Counted from the first letter of the stretch, positions 9,988 through 19,749 are shown. The stretch: DNA of 64,000 nucleotides from Candidatus Buchananbacteria bacterium (GCA_030650095.1 JAUSEE010000036.1:6490-70489); one strand, 5' to 3'. The notes: generated by a model not told the origin, from the sequence alone. Translations and numbers: made by a program.

Positions 9988-11074
9988 AATTTTCTGTCAT
10001 TTTTGATAAGAGGCTGTTAACCTTATTTTTAAAATTATCAACGCTGAATTTTTCGGCTTGCGATCTTATAAAATAAGGATCGTATTTTTGGCTGTTGAAT
10101 CTGATGACTTTATCGGCCAATTCCTCCCACCATTGTTCCTCAAAAAATTCGCCTGTCTGGCCTTCGATTATAGTTTCGGTGGCGCCGCCCGATTTATAAG
10201 CTATCACCGGCCGGCCGGCCGCCATAGCCTCTACAGCCGTAATGCCGAAATCCTCTTCTTGCGGATTCAAATAAGCCAGGCAATTGGCATAAAGGCTTTT
10301 TTTCTGCTCGTCTGACACTTTGCCCAAAAATTTTATATTTGATTTGGCCAAGTTTTTTAAATATTTCATTTCCGGACCAACGCCAAAAATCTTCAGCGGT
10401 ATGCCCAGCCGGGAAAAAGCTTTGACGGCCAAATCTATTTTTTTATAAGGCACCAGCCGGCCACCGGCCAAATAATATTTCTTCGGCCTGGACGAAATAT
10501 AAAAACTGCTAACATCAACCGGCGGATAAATAATCTCGCTCTCCCGATTATAATATTTTTTAATCCTGCTTTGAACAGTTTTAGAATTAGCCACAAAAAA
10601 ATCAACCCGATCAGAGGCTAATTTGTCCCACTGCCTCAGCTTTCTTAAAGTAAAAGGCAAAATCATTTTAACCAAAGGATTCACTTTTAAACCCTCAACA
10701 TAAGAATAAGTATCGGTCCAAAGAAACCTGGTGGGAGTATGGCAATAACAAATATGCAAACTGCCCGGCTTGGTTATTACTCCTTTGGAAAAAGACGAGG
10801 CGCTGGAGATGATCAAATCATAATCTTCTAGATTATGGCTCTCGGTTGCTAGCGGCATCAGAGCCAGCCACCATTGGTATCTTTTAACCCCCAACGGAAT
10901 CTTCTGTAAAAAAGAAGTTTTTATTTCCTTGTCCCTAAAGAAAGCATTGGTATTGTTTCTATCAATCAGCAACGTAAAAATAGGCGCTTCCGGGAACATT
11001 TCCTTGAGCGCTATTAAAACCCTCTCTGCTCCGCCATCTTGGGCCAGATGATCGTGGACTAAAGCAATTTTCAT
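9971..11074 (-). CDS. Glycosyltransferase family 4 (GT-B)
   Basis: MKIALVHDHLAQDGGAERV, CYCHTPTR, RLVPYKK, EEDFGITAVEAMAAG. Confidence 0.93.
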   Translation of the reverse strand: MKIALVHDHLAQDGGAERVLIALKEMFPEAPIFTLLIDRNNTNAFFRDKEIKTSFLQKIPLGVKRYQWWLALMPLATESHNLEDYDLIISSASSFSKGVITKPGSLHICYCHTPTRFLWTDTYSYVEGLKVNPLVKMILPFTLRKLRQWDKLASDRVDFFVANSKTVQSRIKKYYNRESEIIYPPVDVSSFYISSRPKKYYLAGGRLVPYKKIDLAVKAFSRLGIPLKIFGVGPEMKYLKNLAKSNIKFLGKVSDEQKKSLYANCLAYLNPQEEDFGITAVEAMAAGRPVIAYKSGGATETIIEGQTGEFFEEQWWEELADKVIRFNSQKYDPYFIRSQAEKFSVDNFKNKVNSLLSKMTENYENRD

Positions 11075-11130
11075 GGCTTAATATTAACAAAATTAAGCCT
11101 TTTTTGGCAAATAAAAAGCCGCTCAAATTA

Positions 11131-11409
11131 TTAAGCGGCTTTATTTTTTTCAGTCTGCTCTTTTATAATATCTTCCAGATTTTTTTCCAATTTAATCGGA
11201 TTAATGAGATTAAAAAACTGAAGCAAAAAAGCAACTGGAATATAAATAGGCCAAGTGAGGGCGACAATTTTTCCAGAAATCACCAGAGTGGAGTTATTTT
11301 CCATATGGATACTCTGCCTGTACCTCTTAAAATGTGTCAGGAGCGTATTAGATACGGCAATATACAAAATGACAAAATACAAAAGCAGCCAGAAACTCAT
11401 CATTGTCAT
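11131..11409 (-). CDS. Small membrane hypothetical protein
   Basis: 92 aa with two hydrophobic segments. Upstream TTGCCA...TAAGTT promoter-like element and a downstream hairpin. Confidence 0.6.
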   Translation of the reverse strand: MTMMSFWLLLYFVILYIAVSNTLLTHFKRYRQSIHMENNSTLVISGKIVALTWPIYIPVAFLLQFFNLINPIKLEKNLEDIIKEQTEKNKAA

Positions 11410-11515
11410 CCTTGGATGTTAAGGTGCGATAAATAACTTAGCATACAAAACAATCTTTTGGCAAATAAAAAGCAGGTTTATTAGCCTGCTGTTTTGAATA
11501 ATAAATTATTCATTA

Positions 11516-11938
11516 TTACTTAGTGTCAAATTTGCTTGGTTCTTTTTCACCTTCTTTCCAGCCTTTGACAAATTCCTTAACTTTTTTGGCACTATAGCGG
11601 CCAACCATTTTTGATTTATTCAAATCAATCACGGATTTTTCCAAGTCATCACTGGTGCCACTGATTTCATCTTTGCCTGGAGAAATAGACGTATAAATAA
11701 AAGCCATGCCGTCTTCGGTTGAACCACAACTTATTTTAATTGGCTGTCCCCACCAATCTGTGATATCAGTGAAAACATACCCATCTTCTACTTCCCGAAT
11801 TTTAGCCAAATCAGAAGCTAATTCCAAACTACCGTTGGTAATAAGAGTTGGTATGATTAAATTGAACAAGAAAACGCACAAAAGTAATGCCGCAATAAAT
11901 GCCAGAAATATCAACATAATCTTGGTATTCTTTTTCAT
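11516..11938 (-). CDS. Membrane-anchored protein with GspG (T2SSG)-like C-terminal motif
   Basis: N-terminal TM. DWWGQPI...SPGKDEISGTSDDL resembles the GspG DPWG...SxGPDG..GT.DDI signature. AAGGAG SD. Confidence 0.6.
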   Translation of the reverse strand: MKKNTKIMLIFLAFIAALLLCVFLFNLIIPTLITNGSLELASDLAKIREVEDGYVFTDITDWWGQPIKISCGSTEDGMAFIYTSISPGKDEISGTSDDLEKSVIDLNKSKMVGRYSAKKVKEFVKGWKEGEKEPSKFDTK

Positions 11939-11998
11939 TCTTATCTCCTTTTGTCTTTATGGATCCAAGCGTGATTGGCCTACAAGGTACAACATAAC

Positions 11999-12027
11999 AG
12001 TATACAATGGATTTCTAAAAATGTCAA
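11999..12027 (-). promoter_or_regulatory. Sigma70-type promoter
   Basis: TTGACA-17nt-TATACT on the minus strand. Confidence 0.7.
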
Positions 12028-12039
12028 GGTTTTAACAAG

Positions 12040-13443
12040 TTATTCCGTCTTTCTTCTTTTTAAAACAGCAAAGGGCGTCTTAAGCAGAATTAGAAAATCC
12101 AACTTAGGACTCCAATTTTCCATGTACCAAATATCCAATCTTATTTCTTCATCAAAATCCAAATCAGATCGGCCGGAAACTTGAGCCATGCCGGTCATGC
12201 CCGGTTTAACAGTTAAAACGCGCTTCTGATGGCTATTATATTCGGCCACCTCTTCAACCTCATGCGGACGAGGTCCAACCAAGCTCATCTTGCCGATAAA
12301 AACATTAAACAGCTCCGGCAACTCGTCTACGGAAAATCTTCTGATAATTTTCCCCACCCTGGTTATGCGCGGATCATTTTTAAACTTAATCATGGGCGTG
12401 CCTTGGCGCAAATTTTCATGCTCTTTTACAAAATCATCATCAAATCTCTTTTGGTGCGCGTCTTTTATCATGGAACGGAATTTGAAATATCTAAAAGGCC
12501 GGCCTAATTGGCCGATGCGCTGGTAAGAAAAAAATATCCCTCCCTTAGAATCAACTATTATAAACAAGGCAGTTACAAGCAAGATGGGCGAAGCGATGAT
12601 TATAAAAACAGAAGAAATCAATATATCAAAAAATCTTTTATAGATTTTGCCCCAGCCGTCTAACTTGGTTTTCTTAACTTCTATTATCGGCAGGCTGGCA
12701 ATGGTATTGAATTCAAAATTAGTTATGGGGGTATCAAAAATGCCAGCCACAAATTTTAAGGTAATGTGGTTTAAATAAGAAAAATCATTAAGCTGATTTA
12801 CTTCCTCATCTAAAATATTTGAATCGGCCACCAAAACTTCATCTATCTTGTCGGATTTGATCATTTGCAGTATTTCTTTTTCCGTCAAAGAACTAAAGTC
12901 AGAAAATCGGCCAACAACTTTAAAGCCGGCTTTAACATCGCTTTTAAAACTTTCTGCCACTTCCTGAGCTAACTTACCTTTGCCGATTATAACAACGCGG
13001 TGCACGCCCAAACCGTATTTATAAAGATAATGCTGAATGAAACGAATTATGCCCCGAGCGATAATGACAAAAACAGTAGAAAAAATCCAACCGACAATTA
13101 TGATAAAACGGGAATCGAATAAATTTCGGCTGAAGAAAAATATAAACATCAAAATCGCCACCGCCGTGGAAGATCCAAGTATGATTTTATAAACCTCATC
13201 AATCGGCCGCCTGGTACCGCGCATGGAATAAAGGCCGGCCAGAGTAAAGCCGATTGTCCAGATAAAAGCTATACCCCACAAGAGAGCCAGATAAGATTCA
13301 AAAGACAAAGCAAAAACAGCCGGTCTAATTTCCTGAATCGGCTGCCAAAAACGGATAAAATAAGAAGCAATTCCAGCCAAGACAACAGTTAGATAATCAA
13401 TTGGTACCAAACTGGCTGAAATAGCTATTTCTGATCTTTTCAT
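12040..13443 (-). CDS. Polyprenyl-phosphate sugar phosphotransferase (WcaJ/WbaP-like initiating sugar transferase)
   Basis: N-terminal TMs, CoA-binding-like middle, KRFFDI, FKFRSM, DPRITRVG, DELPEL, SLVGPRP, KPGMTG. Confidence 0.93.
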   Translation of the reverse strand: MKRSEIAISASLVPIDYLTVVLAGIASYFIRFWQPIQEIRPAVFALSFESYLALLWGIAFIWTIGFTLAGLYSMRGTRRPIDEVYKIILGSSTAVAILMFIFFFSRNLFDSRFIIIVGWIFSTVFVIIARGIIRFIQHYLYKYGLGVHRVVIIGKGKLAQEVAESFKSDVKAGFKVVGRFSDFSSLTEKEILQMIKSDKIDEVLVADSNILDEEVNQLNDFSYLNHITLKFVAGIFDTPITNFEFNTIASLPIIEVKKTKLDGWGKIYKRFFDILISSVFIIIASPILLVTALFIIVDSKGGIFFSYQRIGQLGRPFRYFKFRSMIKDAHQKRFDDDFVKEHENLRQGTPMIKFKNDPRITRVGKIIRRFSVDELPELFNVFIGKMSLVGPRPHEVEEVAEYNSHQKRVLTVKPGMTGMAQVSGRSDLDFDEEIRLDIWYMENWSPKLDFLILLKTPFAVLKRRKTE

Positions 13444-13492
13444 ATAAATATATTAACATATAATACTACCATATAAAACAAAAATTGTCAAT

Positions 13493-13657
13493 AAAAAAAG
13501 AGCCGCCAGCAGCTCTTTTCTTCGGTAATACCTACTTGTTTGCCTGAGCAAACTAGCTGGAGAATTTGGCTAGGTTCTATAACCTATTGGCCAAACTCAA
13601 CTGGCGGCTGGGCCTAGACCTACTGGGAAGCGCTTTTAGCCCAATTACGCTTCAGGT
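13493..13657 (-). ncRNA. Candidate unannotated structured small RNA
   Basis: Bounded by a TTGACG-17-CATAAT promoter and an AAGAGCTGC/GCGGCTCTT + T-tract terminator. No ORF. Closing stem plus two internal hairpins. Confidence 0.55.
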
Positions 13658-13663
13658 AATTTG

Positions 13664-13692
13664 ATTATGGCAACAAAAAAACAACCCGTCAA
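13664..13692 (-). promoter_or_regulatory. Sigma70-type promoter overlapping the rnpB terminator
   Basis: TTGACG-17nt-CATAAT with extended TGn. The -35 lies in the loop of the aacaactc...gggttgtt hairpin. Confidence 0.65.
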
Positions 13693-13709
13693 TAGAGTTG
13701 TTCTTTTTT

Positions 13710-14195
13710 GTCCAGATAAGCCTATAAGCCGAATTCTGTTCCCCACATGGGAGATGGCAATCTATCTTGACTGGTCATTGCTGGCCAGTTCTAGCCCCCT
13801 ACTGTATTTGGGGTTGCACCAGGTAGAGTTTACCGCAAACTGCCGGTCGCCGACAGCCGAGTCGTGTAGCTTTAGATTAAGGGGATATCCCATTCTTAGC
13901 CTAAAACACCATGACACTTTTCACCTTTCACCATAGCTTTGCTCTATAAATTCCAAATTGTAAATTACAAATATCAAATAAATTACAAATTAATTTGGAG
14001 CTTGATATTTTGGATTTGTAATTTACAAAGCGAAGCTATGGCTAGTATTGTCTCTGTGGCACTTGTCCTTACTATGCCTTGCGACATAGCAGGTGGGCGT
14101 TACCCACTACCATGACTTTAATCTTAACGATCAAAGAGTGTTCGGACTTTCCTCCCCGATTTAAAAATCGGGGTAGCCATCCAACTTATCTGGAC
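13710..14195 (-). ncRNA. rnpB: RNase P RNA with expanded P12 region
   Basis: GAGGAAAGTCCGAAC (CR I), GCCACAGAGAC and ACAGAATTCGGCTTAT (CR V). Terminal P1 helix gtccagataag/cttatctggac. Confidence 0.95.
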
Positions 14196-14201
14196 AAAAG
14201 G

Positions 14202-14230
14202 ATTGTATCATAAAAATATGTTAATGTCAA
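14202..14230 (-). promoter_or_regulatory. rnpB promoter
   Basis: TTGACA-17nt-TACAAT, ending 6 nt before the P1 helix. Confidence 0.75.
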
Positions 14231-14310
14231 GTTCTGATAAAAATAAAAGGTTAAATAAATAAAAAACCCCAGCCAAGCAATGCTCAACTGGGGGCTAAAT
14301 TAATGTGCAA

Positions 14311-16173
14311 TTATTTTTCTAATTTTTTTTCAAACTGTTGCAGTTCTTCGGGCGTCATATCTTCCACCTGATCCTTAATTTTTTCTTGAATCGTCGGCGC
14401 AAGATTACGAGCCTTTTCCTGGTCACGGCGCTCATCAGCTTGCTCTTTGACAGCTTGTTCATTTGTTGTGCCATCAAGAAGCGGGATGGCCAGATTGCTG
14501 AATCCGATGACAGGCATGACTTTCTCGCCACTGTTCTCGTACTCCAGATGTACATCATCACCAGGCTGTGTCAATGGCAATTCAGGATGCTCTGTCGCAT
14601 CAAGCGTAAACAGATGCCCGAGGCTTTCTTCCAGCATCAGATAATAGACGCCAGAACCGAAATCATAACCAATACGGACAACTTTGCCATCCAGCGACTC
14701 AACCGCTCGGGAATTGTCCAAAGCGATCTGTTGGCCGTTTTTATCCAACAACCGTTGGTACTGCCGCAGCGCCTGCTCCTGATTATCTCCAACAGCCATC
14801 TTCTGTGGATTCATCATATCCACAATAGCAACGCCTTGAAAAATATGGCTGCCATTAAGGAGCGGGACAACTGAAGCCATAGTACCGTAGCAATTGTATA
14901 ATTGCGGATTAACCCCATGCAATTGCCGAAACTTGATTTTCTCATTATTATTAACAGCACCCAAAATCGCGTCTTCAGTTAATCCGCCGGAAGCTTTGTA
15001 AATCACCGGCTTGCCAGTTCTAGCATCAGTGTAAGCCAGGGCTACCAAGGAATTGTCATTGTTATTGTTTGATGTAATGCCGGTCACCCAATATGGTTCA
15101 CTGTCGGCGCCATAAATCAGTATAGGACTTTGAGCTATAGTCAGTTCATTTTTACCCCACCAGCTGTTGAGCCAGCCTTGGCTATACATGCCATGCCAGG
15201 TAAGATATTTCTGAGCCAGTTCACCAGGAAAAACTCTGTCCATCCACGCCGGTATTTCCTCTAGCGGCACTTCCGTTATTTCTCCGGTCGCTGGATTGAC
15301 TTGAGCCACCATGGTGAGTTTTTCACCCCACCAACCGAACTCCGGCTTGAAAATCGGCACCACCCACCACGGATTGCCTTCCTCGTCAATTTCAAACAGA
15401 TATTCGTACATATCAGAATCCAGAAATCCGTTATAGCGCATGTGGCGTTTGAGGTAGGTGCCAAAATATGAGCTGGGCGCGTATTTCATTTTTTCTTTCA
15501 ATTCCACCAGTTGCGCTTGACGATTAGGATCTTCCGCTGAAACCTGGATATAAGCCGGAATGCCATCATCGACCGAGCAATAGACGGAAAAACTGCGATA
15601 CTCAAGTGGCACAACATAAAACCATTGGTCATGTATCTTTTGCAATGTCACATGTCCAACATCCACTTGAAACTGCGAACCAATAGCACCAGCTTGGCCT
15701 AGTGCCTTATCCGCCTGATACAAAGCATTTTCTCTAGAACCCATCAGCATATGCTTCGGGTCTTTTGGTTGGATATCTTGAGTCCAAATATGTTCTTCCG
15801 GCTGACCGATAAGCGACGCATAGCCACTGGCCTTAAAAACACCACTATTGAAAATAACTGCTCCGATGTAAGTAATAAAAGCAAGCACTACCAAAACCCA
15901 GACCAGAGGCGGAGTACTGCGTCCAGTCCTATAATCGCGAGTATCAGACGATACCAAATCGACTATAGCTGAACATATCCACCAGACAAATATTAATAAT
16001 CCTGGACCGCCAAATAACGGATAAACAGTCGATGGCGCTCCCAGATAAATTATTAGCCAACCAATTATGAAATAAATCACGGCCATAACCGCCGTAATAA
16101 CAAATTCAGCGCCGATCAGTAACGGAGCTGCTCCGACAACGGCGCAAATCAAAGCCACTAATCCACTACTCAT
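14311..16173 (-). CDS. Hypothetical membrane protein (~4 N-terminal TMs, large extracytoplasmic domain)
   Basis: 620-aa ORF, AAGGAG SD, own TTGACA-17-TAATAT promoter. Confidence 0.85.
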   Translation of the reverse strand: MSSGLVALICAVVGAAPLLIGAEFVITAVMAVIYFIIGWLIIYLGAPSTVYPLFGGPGLLIFVWWICSAIVDLVSSDTRDYRTGRSTPPLVWVLVVLAFITYIGAVIFNSGVFKASGYASLIGQPEEHIWTQDIQPKDPKHMLMGSRENALYQADKALGQAGAIGSQFQVDVGHVTLQKIHDQWFYVVPLEYRSFSVYCSVDDGIPAYIQVSAEDPNRQAQLVELKEKMKYAPSSYFGTYLKRHMRYNGFLDSDMYEYLFEIDEEGNPWWVVPIFKPEFGWWGEKLTMVAQVNPATGEITEVPLEEIPAWMDRVFPGELAQKYLTWHGMYSQGWLNSWWGKNELTIAQSPILIYGADSEPYWVTGITSNNNNDNSLVALAYTDARTGKPVIYKASGGLTEDAILGAVNNNEKIKFRQLHGVNPQLYNCYGTMASVVPLLNGSHIFQGVAIVDMMNPQKMAVGDNQEQALRQYQRLLDKNGQQIALDNSRAVESLDGKVVRIGYDFGSGVYYLMLEESLGHLFTLDATEHPELPLTQPGDDVHLEYENSGEKVMPVIGFSNLAIPLLDGTTNEQAVKEQADERRDQEKARNLAPTIQEKIKDQVEDMTPEELQQFEKKLEK

Positions 16174-16371
16174 AACTTTCTCCTTGTTGCTTCCGGAATA
16201 ATTCCGGCTAGCAGTTGAAAATGTAACGTGCTCATCAAGCCATTACCTAATGGTAACAGCTTAAATTAGCTAATTGAGCTAACAAATTATATTAGCACTA
16301 AATACCGAATTTGTCAAACTATAAAAACTAAAAAATCTGCCAACCAGGCAGACTTATTAAAAGATAAAAAT

Positions 16372-16770
16372 TTAAACAGCCTTATCGATGGCTTCATTAA
16401 CCAGCTTGTCAGCCTCCTTGTTGTCTTCCCTAAAAACATGGATGAATTTTACTTTTTTAAACTGCTGGGTTAAATTCCAAACCTTTATAAAAAGCGGGGC
16501 TATACCCTCATTTTTAACTTTATATTCGCGATTTAATTGCTTCACCACCAGTTCTGAATCCAGATAACAATCAACTTCTGCCACTCCCCTTTCTTGAGCT
16601 TTGGTTAAACCTAAAATAAGCGCTTGATATTCCGCTTGATTATTAGTAGCTTCGCCAATATATTTTTTAAAAAACAGTTTGTCATCACCCATTTCTAAAA
16701 CCGCGCCTAGGCCGGCCGGGCCGGGATTGCCTCTGGCTCCTCCATCGGTGTGTAAAATCGCTTTGATCAT
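16372..16770 (-). CDS. rnhA: Ribonuclease HI family protein
   Basis: HTDGGARGNPGPAG, TNNQAEY, LDSELVVKQ, HVFREDNKEADKL. Start set at MIKAIL. Confidence 0.92.
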   Translation of the reverse strand: MIKAILHTDGGARGNPGPAGLGAVLEMGDDKLFFKKYIGEATNNQAEYQALILGLTKAQERGVAEVDCYLDSELVVKQLNREYKVKNEGIAPLFIKVWNLTQQFKKVKFIHVFREDNKEADKLVNEAIDKAV

Positions 16771-16857
16771 GATATTGACATTAATATTATTAAGAGTATA
16801 CTTCATTTACCGCTCTTTATTATGTTTTCTTGGCCAACAATCAGAAAGGAGATCAAT

Positions 16858-17043
16858 ATGCCACAGGAACAAAAATACGGACCACATTTTTTCGGAAAGG
16901 CAACATTTGTATCAGACTGCGCTATCGCTGAGTGCGCTTGCGGTGCTTCAGAAGGGGCAGTTTCGGGTTGCGGACCGACGCTCAGTCCTGCGCCAGATCC
17001 TTTGCCCGACCCGAGCCAATGCCGACTCAATCCCCTATCTTAA
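16858..17043 (+). CDS. 61-aa Cys/Pro-rich peptide
   Basis: AAGGAGA SD and TTGACA-16-TATACT promoter at 16775-16802. Sequence MPQEQKYGPHFFGKATFVSDCAIAECACGASEGAVSGCG... Confidence 0.6.
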   Translation: MPQEQKYGPHFFGKATFVSDCAIAECACGASEGAVSGCGPTLSPAPDPLPDPSQCRLNPLS

Positions 17044-17208
17044 CCATCGCTCTTTCCCGCCTCACTCTCGTAGTGAGGTTTTTATTTTTTTAATTTACCT
17101 TTACTTAAAACAAATAATAATTTATTTAATTATAACAGAAATAACTGGCCTTGTTAAATAAAAAACTCCAGAATAAATATCCCGGAGTTATTAATTGATG
17201 AAGAAAAA

Positions 17209-17676
17209 CTATTTACTTACTACCGCTAAAAAGCCTCTGTAGGCATCCCAAACCATATTGGAATAATCCAATCTCAAACAACGAAAATTTGTTTGAAAAA
17301 CATCCAAGCTGGCTACCGAAGAAAGGCTTCTGGAAAATTGCCAAACAGAACCTAAAGCGGAAATGGGCAGCTGTTTTTGAACTTCCGGATATTTAGCGCC
17401 AAAAAATAAAAGGTGTTCTATTTTGGCTAGCTGGCAATTGGCTTGTTTAATTTCAGCTATGACTTCAGCCGACTCAACAGAATGGTCAAAAGGAAAAACT
17501 CTTAAATCCGCTTCCATTTGCCCGCTGCCGATTATCGGAAAAGTTATTTTAGAAATATCATGATCAATTTCATAGTAACCACCCAAAGAAATCATTTGAT
17601 CGATAGTTAAATCATAATTAATCCTGATGGTAAATAATCTTTGCCTAATCCTATCACTAACAGCGTTGGAAAACAT
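17209..17676 (-). CDS. Hypothetical protein
   Basis: 155 aa, AAGGAGG SD, upstream TTGACA promoter. Confidence 0.8.
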   Translation of the reverse strand: MFSNAVSDRIRQRLFTIRINYDLTIDQMISLGGYYEIDHDISKITFPIIGSGQMEADLRVFPFDHSVESAEVIAEIKQANCQLAKIEHLLFFGAKYPEVQKQLPISALGSVWQFSRSLSSVASLDVFQTNFRCLRLDYSNMVWDAYRGFLAVVSK

Positions 17677-17772
17677 GATTATTCCTCCTTGTGCCTATTG
17701 ATCTTTTTATGTAATGTGCTATCTCCTTCTAACTACCAAAGTTATAGCATATCCAAACGGATTGTCAACAAC

Positions 17773-19524
17773 TTATGATTCGCTCATCCTTAAGTCAATC
17801 ACTTTTAATTGCAATTCCTTGTGGCCATTCCACTCGTTTACGCCTATTTCAAAAACCACATCTATTTTGTCGCCGACATTCAATTTGGCGCACCAATCAC
17901 CAAAGGAAAAGCCGATTATCTTATGAATGACGGGATGATTAACTTGGCTAACCATGGCTCGCAAATGCTGGCCGTCGCCGCCCACTGTTTGGACCTGCTC
18001 GATATTCAAATTTTTAACCAAAAAAAGAGGGTTATTATTGCCTTCGCCAAAGGGTTCAAATTTTTCTAATTTATGGTAAAAATACCAATTGATGTCGGCT
18101 AACTCTATTTCTGCCTCGATTTTTAAAACCTTTCTTAAATCCAAATCTTTCAGGGCGCGGCTAGCAATCGCGCTTATTTTTTCCTTAAAGCCAAGCAAAT
18201 TGTCTTGGCCCAAAATAGTAAAACCGCAAGCTTGAGGATGTCCGCCGAATTTGTCCAAATATTCTTCACACTCATTAAGCGCGCTAGTGATGTCAAAACC
18301 TTCCACGCTTCGGCCCGAACCGATATATTTTATCGCCCCAGCTGAAACATCTTGATCACTGCTTTGGGAAATCACTATGGCCGGCAAATTGTATTTATCA
18401 CTTATTCGCCCGGCTACCAAGCCCACAACTCCGGGATGCCAATTCTGGCCGATCGCCATTAACAATTTCTTTTCCTTTACCTCGCCTATTTCATTTTCCA
18501 CTTCCTTAAGCATGCTGGCGGTTATGGATTGGCGTTTGGTATTCTCATCTTCTAATTGTTTCACTAGTCGATCTGATTCTTCAGCGTTTTCGGAAATTAA
18601 AAGTTCAAAAGCCAAGGAAGCGTGATTAATACGGCCAGCCGCATTGATCCTGGGCACTAAGCGCCAACCGATATATTGGGTATCCAGCTTGCCGCTGTAA
18701 TGATTAACTTTCTCAACTATTTTCATAATGCCGGCTCTTCTGGTTTTATCTAAAACTATCAAGCCGTATTTAACAAAAATCCTGTTTTCTCCAATAAGGG
18801 GCATAATATCGCCCACTGTGGCAATAGCCAAGAGATCTAAGAGCCATTTGTCAAAGCCAATGGGAATTTTATTAGCTAAGGCAAATTCAGCCTGTTTTTT
18901 AATCAGCCCTTGGACAACTTTAAAAGCTACGCCCGCCCCGCACAGCTTCTTAAAAGGATAATTAGAATCTTTAAGAGAAGGATTTATTATGGCCAGAGCG
19001 CCAAGGGGCAATTCGTCCGGCTCCTTATGGTGATCGGTCACAATCACCTCAACCTTATTGTCTTTAAAAAAGGCCACTTCATCTTTGTTGGATATGCCGC
19101 AATCAACCGTTATCACTAATTTATAACCGCCATCAATTATTTCCTTGGCCGCCGTCATATTAAGGCCGTAGCCCTCACCTTCCCTGAAGGGTATCCTGAT
19201 ACTGACTTGCGCTCCTAATTTTTTAAGCGCGCTGTATAAAATGGCGGTGGAACAAACGCCATCGGCGTCATAATCGCCATAAATCATTATCAGCTCATTA
19301 TTTTTAACCGCTTGCAAAATCCTCTCTACCGCCTTGGCCATATCATTAAATAAGAAAGGATCCAAAATCTGACTGTCATAATCGGGGTTTAAAAAATCAT
19401 TGATTGATTTGGCATCGTCAAATCCCCGGTTATGCAGCAATTGTAAAATTATCCTATTTTCTTCCGGCACACCTTTGATGGCACCGCTCTCTATAGGACT
19501 GGTAACCTGCCATTTTTTAGGCAT
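17773..19524 (-). CDS. recJ: Single-stranded-DNA exonuclease RecJ
   Basis: YGDYDADG, ITVDCG, TDHH, PRINAAGR, GSGRS, FGGHPQACG, EPFGEGN. Confidence 0.97.
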   Translation of the reverse strand: MPKKWQVTSPIESGAIKGVPEENRIILQLLHNRGFDDAKSINDFLNPDYDSQILDPFLFNDMAKAVERILQAVKNNELIMIYGDYDADGVCSTAILYSALKKLGAQVSIRIPFREGEGYGLNMTAAKEIIDGGYKLVITVDCGISNKDEVAFFKDNKVEVIVTDHHKEPDELPLGALAIINPSLKDSNYPFKKLCGAGVAFKVVQGLIKKQAEFALANKIPIGFDKWLLDLLAIATVGDIMPLIGENRIFVKYGLIVLDKTRRAGIMKIVEKVNHYSGKLDTQYIGWRLVPRINAAGRINHASLAFELLISENAEESDRLVKQLEDENTKRQSITASMLKEVENEIGEVKEKKLLMAIGQNWHPGVVGLVAGRISDKYNLPAIVISQSSDQDVSAGAIKYIGSGRSVEGFDITSALNECEEYLDKFGGHPQACGFTILGQDNLLGFKEKISAIASRALKDLDLRKVLKIEAEIELADINWYFYHKLEKFEPFGEGNNNPLFLVKNLNIEQVQTVGGDGQHLRAMVSQVNHPVIHKIIGFSFGDWCAKLNVGDKIDVVFEIGVNEWNGHKELQLKVIDLRMSES

Positions 19525-19628
19525 TTATATAAACTAAATAATTAATAATGCGTTAAATACAGATTGTATTTTACCAAAAACCGGCTTGATTGACAATTGC
19601 CGATATTTTTATTACTATTGATAGTGTT

Positions 19629-19724
19629 ATGAAGAAACAAAAATTGCAAAAACTTATTTGGACAATCATAGTTATTATCATGATTTTATCAATGGTAATA
19701 TTCACTTTCGTTCCTTTATTTTAA
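19629..19724 (+). CDS. 31-aa single-TM microprotein (Prli42/DUF4044-like)
   Basis: MKKQKLQKLIWTIIVIIMILSMVIFTFVPLF, just downstream of TTGACA-17-TACTAT (19590-19618). Confidence 0.55.
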   Translation: MKKQKLQKLIWTIIVIIMILSMVIFTFVPLF

Positions 19725-19749
19725 ACGCCATCATAAAAGGAGCTAGGCC

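Noticed and set aside
13661-13936. 91-aa plus-strand ORF
   Set aside because: Antisense to the RNase P RNA. No SD or protein features.
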